Source: a virus
Lineage: Duplodnaviria; Heunggongvirae; Uroviricota; Caudoviricetes
DNA: 13,069 nucleotides
Direction: 5' to 3' (one strand)
Virus record (IMG/VR): IMGVR_UViG_2778261166_000004
Within the stretch, counting starts at the first letter, position 1; every line of letters begins with the position of its first letter. The notes under the pieces were generated by a model. It made no database searches, had not been told where the DNA came from, and saw only the letters and a program-made list of their open reading frames with translations. Made by a program: the position numbers and the translations under genes. This document shows positions 6,815 through 13,069 of the stretch, in pieces.

Positions 6815-7262
6815 TTTTCCCCAGCCCGGTGAGATTTACCGTTCTGCCGGTTTTCCCGATGTGGCCGTGGTCGGCATTCTGGAAGACGGTATTCCGTGGG
6901 AAATGCCGTACCGCTGCCCGGACATTGTCTGGAACCCGTACCGCCGTAAATTCAGTATCCTTGTGCGTATCCTCGCTGACGGGCGCACCACAGACATCCC
7001 GCTGGGGCGTTTTCTGCGGGAATTTACCTGTGACCGTCCTGACCTGTTTAAACGCAGCCCCGTAAACCGGCATGCGGTACTGAAAGAAATGGCCGGAGAC
7101 CCGGAATTACAGAAATGGCGGGAGAAATATCTGGATATTTACCCGCAGGACCCTGTTCCGGTCAGCCGGGCGGCACCGGTGGCGCGGGAATGGCGGGAAA
7201 TCCCCCGCACGGAGCCTGACCCGGAAATCACACCGGATAACAGTTACCGCAATTATCTGTAA
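6807..7262 (+). CDS. P4 orf151-like protein (function unknown)
   Basis: 151-aa ORF in the conserved position between epsilon and alpha. Its start overlaps the epsilon stop (ATGTTTGA). Confidence 0.75.
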   Translation: MFDFPQPGEIYRSAGFPDVAVVGILEDGIPWEMPYRCPDIVWNPYRRKFSILVRILADGRTTDIPLGRFLREFTCDRPDLFKRSPVNRHAVLKEMAGDPELQKWREKYLDIYPQDPVPVSRAAPVAREWREIPRTEPDPEITPDNSYRNYL

Positions 7263-7397
7263 TTAAAAAACGACACCCGAAAAATTAAATGTGCGTATTC
7301 GCGCAGGGATACGCACGTCTTCAGGAGACGCAGATATGCCTTATCAGTTAATGCAACCGGCACGGAATGCAGTCATCTGTCACAGGGAGGAAAACAA

Positions 7398-7718
7398 ATG
7401 AAAACACCCTTACCGCCCGTCTTACGCGCAGCCCTTTACCGTCGCGCTGTCGCCTGTGCCTGGCTGACCGTGTGCGAACGTCAGCACCGCTACCCGCATC
7501 TCACCCTTGAATCACTGGAGGCGGCCATCGCCGCTGAGCTGGAAGGCTTTTATCTGCGCCAGCACGGTGAGGAAAAAGGGCGCCAGATAGCCTGTGCCCT
7601 GCTGGAAGATTTAATGGAATCCGGCCCCCTGAAGGCCGCGCCGTCGCTGTCCTTTCTCGGGCTGGTTGTGATGGATGAACTCTGTGCCCGTCACATAAAA
7701 GCGCCGGTACTGCACTGA
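7398..7718 (+). CDS. P4 orf106-like protein (function unknown)
   Basis: 106-aa ORF immediately upstream of alpha, with GGAGG 8 nt before the ATG. Confidence 0.75.
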
Positions 7719-7732
7719 AGGAGAACAACACC

Positions 7733-10066
7733 ATGAAAATGAACGTAACCGCCACCGTCAGCCATGCGCTCGGCCACTGGCCGCGTATTCTCCCGGCGCT
7801 GGGGATTCAGGTGCTGAAAAACCGTCATCAGCCCTGTCCGGTCTGTGGCGGGAGTGACCGCTTCCGTTTTGATGACAGGGAGGGGCGCGGCACCTGGTAC
7901 TGCAATCAGTGTGGTGCCGGTGACGGCCTGAAACTGGTTGAAAAGGTGTTTGGTGTTTCCCCGTCCGACGCGGCCACAAAGGTGGCTGCCGTGACCGGCA
8001 GCCTGCCCCCGACTGACCCGGCAGTGACGGCTGCCGCCGGTGCTGAAACAGACGCTGCCCGGAAGAACGCCGCCGCACTGGCACAAACCCTGATGGCGAA
8101 AACCCGTCCCGGAACCGGTAACGCCTACCTGACCCGCAAGGGCTTTCCCGGCCGGGAATGCCGGATGCTGACCGGCACACACAGAGCCGGTGGCGTGAGC
8201 TGGCGTGCCGGTGACCTTGTGGTGCCACTGTATGACGACAGCGGCGAACTGGTTAACCTTCAGTTAATCAGTGCTGACGGCCGTAAGCGCACCCTGAAAG
8301 GCGGGCAGGTCAGGGGCACCTGTCACATCCTTGAAGGACAGAATCAGGCCGGAAAACGTCTGTGGATAGCGGAGGGATACGCGACCGCACTTACCGTGCA
8401 TCACCTGACCGGTGAAACGGTGATGGTGGCGCTTTCTTCCGTGAACCTCCTTTCTCTGGCCAGCCTTGCCCGACAGAAGTATCCGGCCTGTCAGATTGTC
8501 CTTGCCGCAGACCGTGACCTCAGCGGTGACGGCCAGACAAAAGCCGCCGCAGCCGCAGATGCGTGTGAGGGCGTTGTTGCCCTGCCGCCGGTCTTCGGTG
8601 ACTGGAATGATGCCTTCACGCAGTACGGCGGGGAGGCCACCCGTAAGGCCATTTACGATGCCATCCGGCCACCGGCTGAAAGCCCGTTCGACACCATGAG
8701 CGAAGCAGAGTTTTCCGCCATGAGTACCAGCGAAAAGGCCATGCGTATCTATGAGCATTACGGCGAGGCGCTCGCGGTCGATGCCAACGGCCAGCTTCTG
8801 TCCCGCTATGAAAATGGTGTCTGGAAGGTACTGCCACCACAGGACTTTGCCCGGGATGTGGCCGGGCTGTTTCAGCGTCTGCGCGCGCCGTTCTCCTCCG
8901 GGAAAGTGGCCTCCGTGGTGGACACCCTGAAGCTGATTATTCCGCAGCAGGAAGCCCCCTCCCGCCGCCTGATTGGCTTTCGTAACGGCGTGCTCGACAC
9001 GCAGAACGGCACGTTCCACCCGCACAGTCCGTCACACTGGATGCGTACCCTGTGCGATGTGGATTTCACCCCGCCGGTGGACGGTGAAACGCTGGAGACC
9101 CACGCCCCCGCGTTCTGGCGCTGGCTTGACCGTGCCGCCGGTGGCCGTGCGGAAAAACGCGACGTGATTCTGGCTGCACTGTTTATGGTGCTGGCAAACC
9201 GCTACGACTGGCAGCTCTTTCTGGAGGTGACCGGTCCCGGCGGCAGCGGCAAAAGTATCATGGCCGAAATAGCCACCCTGCTGGCCGGGGAGGATAACGC
9301 CACGTCGGCCACCATTGAGACGCTGGAATCCCCGCGTGAACGTGCCGCGTTAACTGGCTTCTCACTGATACGCCTGCCGGACCAGGAAAAATGGAGCGGC
9401 GACGGAGCCGGACTCAAGGCCATCACCGGCGGCGATGCGGTGTCCGTTGACCCGAAATACCGGGATGCGTACTCCACGCACATCCCGGCGGTGATTCTGG
9501 CCGTGAACAATAACCCGATGCGCTTCACCGACCGCAGCGGCGGCGTGTCACGCCGGCGGGTGATTATTCACTTCCCGGAACAGATAGCCCCGCAGGAGCG
9601 CGACCCGCAGCTTAAGGACAAAATCACCCGCGAGCTGGCGGTCATCGTGCGTCACCTGATGCAGAAGTTCAGCGACCCGATGCTCGCCCGGTCACTGCTT
9701 CAGTCCCAGCAGAACTCAGACGAGGCGCTGAACATCAAACGGGATGCCGACCCGACGTTTGATTTTATCGGCTATCTGGAAACCCTGCCGCAGACCAGCG
9801 GCATGTATATGGGGAACGCCAGTATCATCCCGCGCAATTACCGTAAATACCTCTATCACGCCTATCTGGCCTACATGGAGGCAAACGGCTACCGGAATGT
9901 ACTCAGTCTGAAAATGTTCGGGCTGGGGCTGCCGGTGATGCTGAAGGAATACGGACTGAATTACGAGAAGCGCCATACCAAACAGGGGATACAGACCAAC
10001 CTGACGCTGAAAGAGGAAAGCTACGGCGACTGGCTGCCAAAATGTGAAGACCCTGCAACAACCTGA
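7733..10066 (+). CDS. alpha: Alpha: bifunctional primase-helicase and origin-binding replication protein
   Basis: 777-aa ORF, the P4 Alpha length. It has an N-terminal zinc-binding primase motif (CPVCGGSDRFRFDD...WYCNQCG), a TOPRIM-like acidic region (LAADRD), and a Walker A P-loop (GPGGSGKS) in the helicase domain. RBS AGGAG. Iteron clusters flank the operon. Confidence 0.95.
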   Translation: MKMNVTATVSHALGHWPRILPALGIQVLKNRHQPCPVCGGSDRFRFDDREGRGTWYCNQCGAGDGLKLVEKVFGVSPSDAATKVAAVTGSLPPTDPAVTAAAGAETDAARKNAAALAQTLMAKTRPGTGNAYLTRKGFPGRECRMLTGTHRAGGVSWRAGDLVVPLYDDSGELVNLQLISADGRKRTLKGGQVRGTCHILEGQNQAGKRLWIAEGYATALTVHHLTGETVMVALSSVNLLSLASLARQKYPACQIVLAADRDLSGDGQTKAAAAADACEGVVALPPVFGDWNDAFTQYGGEATRKAIYDAIRPPAESPFDTMSEAEFSAMSTSEKAMRIYEHYGEALAVDANGQLLSRYENGVWKVLPPQDFARDVAGLFQRLRAPFSSGKVASVVDTLKLIIPQQEAPSRRLIGFRNGVLDTQNGTFHPHSPSHWMRTLCDVDFTPPVDGETLETHAPAFWRWLDRAAGGRAEKRDVILAALFMVLANRYDWQLFLEVTGPGGSGKSIMAEIATLLAGEDNATSATIETLESPRERAALTGFSLIRLPDQEKWSGDGAGLKAITGGDAVSVDPKYRDAYSTHIPAVILAVNNNPMRFTDRSGGVSRRRVIIHFPEQIAPQERDPQLKDKITRELAVIVRHLMQKFSDPMLARSLLQSQQNSDEALNIKRDADPTFDFIGYLETLPQTSGMYMGNASIIPRNYRKYLYHAYLAYMEANGYRNVLSLKMFGLGLPVMLKEYGLNYEKRHTKQGIQTNLTLKEESYGDWLPKCEDPATT

Positions 10067-10081
10067 CCCTCATGACTCATC

Positions 10082-10107
10082 TGACCGGCATCTGCCGGTC
10101 TTTTTTT
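10082..10107 (+). terminator. Intrinsic terminator after alpha (tgaccggca-tc-tgccggtc followed by T7)
   Basis: Seen: GC-rich stem and T7 run beginning 16 nt after the alpha stop. Confidence 0.7.
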
Positions 10108-10125
10108 ATCCCTGAATTCCCCGAA

Positions 10126-10398
10126 GGTGAACAATCCACTGTTCACCCTTCACCGTATATTCACCTGTTATCACACTGAAATTAAAAGAGAAAAACGAAA
10201 GGTGAACAGTGTGAACAATCAAATCAAAAAAAACTTTTTTCTCCCTGTGTGATTTTCAGTACGGGGGATTAATCACCGGTATGAGTCACACCGGCAGAAT
10301 GCCGGAGGTGAAGAATCGAATGTTCACCCTTCACCCATTATTCACCACCTATCATACTGAAATAAAAGGAGAAAAAAGAAAGGTGAACAGTGTGAACA
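10126..10398. repeat. crr-like cis replication region: two ~77-bp direct repeats (about 10140-10216 and 10321-10398), each carrying TGTTCACC / GGTGAACA iterons
   Basis: Seen: the two copies align nearly base for base (tgttcacccttcacc...ttcacc...ctgaaat...gaaaggtgaacagtgtgaaca). An additional inverted iteron is at 10126-10133. The region is AT-rich and lies downstream of alpha. Confidence 0.7.
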
Positions 10399-10610
10399 GT
10401 TCTTTCGAAAAAAAAATTTTTATGTGGATAAAAGATGCACTGGTTTGGATCCGGGCTACGGATCCAAACTTACTGATTAAAAATTATTTAACTTTCCGAT
10501 TTATTGATGGGCTGAAAATAGATTGGTCAGAAAAACAGTGGGGGCACAAAAGGGGGCATATTTCATTGTTGTGTTTTATTATTTGTTTTTTATCATTAAC
10601 TTATTTTAAT

Positions 10611-10632
10611 GTTTGAGTCCGGCCTTCGCACC
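10611..10632 (+). other. Putative attR core: tRNA 3'-end-like sequence (gtttgagtccggccttcgcacc)
   Basis: It resembles the T-arm/acceptor end of a tRNA (GGTTCGAGTCCGGCCTTCGGCACCA-like, as recalled for tRNA-Leu leuX, the classical P4 attachment site). P4-family elements integrate into tRNA 3' ends and leave a partial copy at the far junction. Similarity is judged by eye. Confidence 0.4.
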
Positions 10633-10662
10633 TTCGCACCTTCGCACCTTCGCACCTTCGCA
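10623..10662 (+). repeat. Tandem octamer array (ccttcgca x5 perfect, plus a degenerate sixth copy to 10670)
   Basis: Seen directly. The unit is the distal end of the tRNA-like att core. Confidence 0.85.
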
Positions 10663-10866
10663 CCATCGGAACATCAATAGACATCAACGGACGTTTTTTT
10701 ATGACTGAAATCCGCGCCACACAAGGCTTTTCGCTATTTTTCGCTCAACCTAAGTCAACCTACATCAACTTACTGATGTGGATACAGCTACAGCTGCGGC
10801 TATATCCCGATTCGATAATGTTTGTACCCACACAAAACCCTTGAAAGGCTACAAGGCTGAAATTGT

Positions 10867-11052
10867 CTAAACCATAGAGATGATTTTTATGATCCAGTCT
10901 TTCTCTTGTTGAGATAGTTCCAGTTTGCTCACTCGTGTTAAGAAGGTATTGATCACCTGAACATCCGAATTGGTGAGCCTATTTAATAGAGCGGGTGGTA
11001 TACCTTTACTAACAATCGCTTTGCGGTGACTTTCGTAGTTTTTATTACTCAT
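10867..11052 (-). CDS. Hypothetical small protein (61 aa)
   Basis: ORF with GAGGA 8 nt upstream of the ATG. No family recognised. It lies outside the satellite, between attR and the HNH gene. Confidence 0.35.
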   Translation of the reverse strand: MSNKNYESHRKAIVSKGIPPALLNRLTNSDVQVINTFLTRVSKLELSQQEKDWIIKIISMV

Positions 11053-11108
11053 TGTTGATCCTCAAAAATCATTGTATGGCGGCATTGATCGTTTCCAGCA
11101 ACCTTTAC

Positions 11109-11351
11109 TTACTCACTTCGAACTGCATCCTCGTAGACTGTTCCACTACAATAATCGAAAAGGCGCGGATGTCCATTCAGGTATCCCGCTAATACGTATA
11201 GCAATAACAATGGCTTATGCGGCGCGCGCTGTTCACCCTTGTGCCAGATTTTTATATTGGCAATTGCCTGCTGTAGCGATTTACTGGAAGCCATTGATAT
11301 CCCTGGCAGTGAAATAATTGCGATCATGCTCGCAAATTTTCTGCTGTTCAA
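11109..11351 (-). CDS. Hypothetical small ORF (80 aa from TTG; 61-72 aa from internal ATGs); possibly a gene remnant
   Basis: The ORF-track start is TTG. Internal ATGs lack a convincing RBS. It is in a different frame from the adjacent 61-aa ORF, so the two could be a frameshifted remnant of one gene. Confidence 0.2.
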   Translation of the reverse strand: MNSRKFASMIAIISLPGISMASSKSLQQAIANIKIWHKGEQRAPHKPLLLLYVLAGYLNGHPRLFDYCSGTVYEDAVRSE

Positions 11352-11430
11352 GCCTGCAAGTGAAGATATATTACCTTGATCTCATTTGTTTTTTTGCTGC
11401 CTGTTCTGAGAACGTATAAGGACATTCTCC

Positions 11431-12081
11431 ATGAATAAACTCCCTGATCATCTTCCGCGGCGGTATATCATCGAAGCTATCCATTTATGGGATGCGGGAG
11501 AAACTCATCAGTTCCAGCCTGCGCGGTTGTATGAGATTGAATATCATGGCCGACGTTACCCCTCGAAGGCGATTGCTGGCATCGCAGCGACATTGATGAC
11601 GGGGACGCAATTTACCCCTGCGGATTTCACCGGCGGAATAAAATCTAAATGTGTCAAGCTACTCATAGAGCAGGGATTTCATATTCATCTGGATAAAGCC
11701 GCTGCGGCTCCCATAGCCGACGTTCTGTTCCCGGATGAGTTGCCGTCGCAGGAGACATACCTTGAAGGTGCGGCGATAAAGGTGACAGTAAACCGCTATG
11801 AACGCGATAAAAAGGCCCGAGATAAAGCGGTCGAACATCATGGATGCCAGTGCAACGTATGCGGTGTTGATCTGGTGAAGATCTATGGTGATATCGCTGA
11901 AGGCTTTATCCATGTGCATCACCTGGTGCCGCTGTCAGCCATTAAAGAGGATTACCAGCTGGATCCAGTTAATGATTTGCTGCCTGTGTACCCTAATTGC
12001 CATGCGATGTTGCACCGACGCAAACCACCGTTTACGCCGGAGCAGTTAAAAGCGCTGATGGATGCGAATAAATCAAATTAA
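11431..12081 (+). CDS. HNH endonuclease family protein with an uncharacterised N-terminal domain (possible McrA-like modification-dependent restriction nuclease)
   Basis: 216-aa ORF. The C-terminus has an HNH-type motif set (CQCNVCG...HVHHLVPLS...N...YPNCHAMLH). The N-terminal ~100 aa is unrecognised. Confidence 0.7.
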   Translation: MNKLPDHLPRRYIIEAIHLWDAGETHQFQPARLYEIEYHGRRYPSKAIAGIAATLMTGTQFTPADFTGGIKSKCVKLLIEQGFHIHLDKAAAAPIADVLFPDELPSQETYLEGAAIKVTVNRYERDKKARDKAVEHHGCQCNVCGVDLVKIYGDIAEGFIHVHHLVPLSAIKEDYQLDPVNDLLPVYPNCHAMLHRRKPPFTPEQLKALMDANKSN

Positions 12082-12088
12082 TGAACGC

Positions 12089-13069
12089 TCACCTTTCGCG
12101 CCAAAACTGCAAAATTGCTTCTACAAACTTGTCAGAAATAATCCCCCGACGGGCTGCCGTGCTGAAATGACTGCTTCGCAGTGCCGTCGTCCAGTTCTCC
12201 GGTGACCGGTACGCTGAACCGTAATATCCCGTGCTTAAATCGTCCGGGTCTTCATCAGGCGCGTTCGTCAGTCCTCTTTCACCTTGTTGCTGGAAGTCGA
12301 CGAAAATAATATTGGCTAAAACATTATTTTGATAATTGCCATAAATAACTTCATACGCATGAGGGAAATTTTCTTTCCAGTACCAGGTGGTATCGCCGCA
12401 AAACCACGGTGCGTCAGTAATATTATTAAGCTGAGAATGGTATTGTTTTAGATCCCTACGAAAGGCTTCAACCATATGATTAAAGTGTTGAGGGTGTGAC
12501 GCGTAGTCACTGGTCATTAAGTCAAATTCGCCTTGCATCCAGCATACGCCGAGGAATTTGTTATGCGGATTTTTTGCCAGTGCGGCTCGCGTTCTGCTGA
12601 CTAAATCCTGGTATAGCGGAGTATCCGTTCCCCAACGACAAGCATCATGGCTGGCTCCGTGCCGTTCTGAATATGTCCCTTCGCTGCCCGCGGTAAAAGC
12701 CGATCCGCCACGGCAACACGGAACGATGAGAACCCCTGCATTATCAGGAATAAAGGGCAGTAATTTCCGTGCTATATGCAGTGCCTGGCCAACGGTGCCG
12801 TACTGTGTTTGATGATTCGTTGCCAGAGGATGGTGATAACCCTGCATATCCTGAACATCGTGTGGGCAGTGAGTCAGTGGAATAATGTCGTTAAAGTGAC
12901 ATGACGGGCCTCCGGGATGCGTATGCGCAAATCTCGCTAATTGTTTAATTCTGGGATGAGGCGCATCTTCCCTGTCCGGTAATGGCAGTCCTTCGCCATA
13001 CGCCATGGCATTAGACTGACCAGCAACGGTAAGAATATAGTAATAATCAGGCGATATTATTGCGTTCAT
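12089..13069 (-). CDS. nanS: Sialate O-acetylesterase (NanS/YjhS-like, SASA/SGNH-type)
   Basis: 326-aa ORF whose start is at the window edge. It has a GQSN motif near the N-terminus (TVAGQSNAMAYG), typical of sialate O-acetylesterases. Length and sequence match my recollection of E. coli YjhS/NanS, which lies near the leuX/fim region. Confidence 0.7.
   Translation of the reverse strand: MNAIISPDYYYILTVAGQSNAMAYGEGLPLPDREDAPHPRIKQLARFAHTHPGGPSCHFNDIIPLTHCPHDVQDMQGYHHPLATNHQTQYGTVGQALHIARKLLPFIPDNAGVLIVPCCRGGSAFTAGSEGTYSERHGASHDACRWGTDTPLYQDLVSRTRAALAKNPHNKFLGVCWMQGEFDLMTSDYASHPQHFNHMVEAFRRDLKQYHSQLNNITDAPWFCGDTTWYWKENFPHAYEVIYGNYQNNVLANIIFVDFQQQGERGLTNAPDEDPDDLSTGYYGSAYRSPENWTTALRSSHFSTAARRGIISDKFVEAILQFWRER

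Larger units (their letters stand above)
1..10632 (+). mobile_element. Integrated P4-like satellite prophage (int, cargo hotspot, cos, psu-delta-sid, ori, vis, epsilon, alpha, crr, attR); left junction lies upstream of the window
   Basis: Gene order and product lengths match the P4 layout: Psu 190 aa, Delta 166 aa, Sid 244 aa, Vis 88 aa, Epsilon 95 aa, orf151, orf106, Alpha 777 aa. The exact P2/P4 19-nt cos sequence and TGTTCACC iteron clusters are present at two loci ~4.8 kb apart. There are no capsid or tail genes, as expected for a helper-dependent satellite. The right end is inferred from a tRNA-3'-end-like motif at 10611-10632. Confidence 0.85.

Noticed and set aside
7691-9976. Several minus-strand ORFs inside the alpha gene (7691-8182, 7758-8228, 8264-9025, 8616-8840, 8872-9069, 9202-9528, 9716-9976) and a plus-strand out-of-frame ORF (8466-8699)
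   Set aside because: They are antisense or out-of-frame to a well-supported 777-aa gene in GC-rich DNA. Translations are Arg/Pro/Gly/Cys-rich and low-complexity, with no RBS support. Typical spurious open frames.
10281-10616. 111-aa plus-strand ORF spanning the crr repeats and the att region
   Set aside because: It runs through AT-rich iteron repeats and the attR core. The translation is dominated by repeat-derived residues and ends in a hydrophobic low-complexity tail. More likely non-coding replication/att DNA.
10611-10632. A complete tRNA gene at the right junction
   Set aside because: Only a ~20-nt T-arm/acceptor-like fragment is present, with no full cloverleaf upstream. It is interpreted as the attR partial copy; the intact tRNA is expected upstream of int, outside the window.
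5281-10670. CRISPR array interpretation of the TGTTCACC clusters and the ccttcgca tandem array
   Set aside because: Units are only 8 nt, are directly adjacent or irregularly spaced, and have no spacers of uniform length. They fit replication iterons and an att-core tandem duplication.

Overview
Nearly the whole window (1 to about 10632) is an integrated P4-type satellite prophage; the last ~2.4 kb is flanking chromosome. Order: P4-type tyrosine integrase (1-1260, +) | AT-rich two-gene cargo cassette on the minus strand (1315-2825) in the int-to-cos variable region where P4 itself carries gop/beta/cII | exact 19-nt P2/P4 cohesive-end sequence (3060-3078) | late operon sid-delta-psu (minus) | divergent Delta-type late promoters flanking the ori octamer iterons (TGTTCACC) | vis (AlpA family) | sigma70-like early promoter followed within ~70 nt by an intrinsic terminator | epsilon, orf151, orf106, alpha primase-helicase (777 aa) | intrinsic terminator | crr (two ~77-bp direct repeats carrying iterons) | tRNA-3'-end-like attR with a tandem octamer array. 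Beyond the element lie two small minus-strand ORFs, an HNH endonuclease and a NanS/YjhS-like sialate O-acetylesterase. The main candidate for an undescribed system is the cargo cassette: a 308-aa soluble protein translationally coupled to a 194-aa four-helix membrane protein, with no catalytic motif I can recognise, sitting where P4-like satellites carry anti-phage systems. Everything rests on reading the sequence and the ORF track (lengths, motifs, synteny); no search or computation was run. P4 gene names are assigned from recalled product lengths, motifs and gene order. Hand-indexed coordinates may be off by 1-2 nt, especially between 5160 and 5700 where my indexing and the ORF track disagree by one base.
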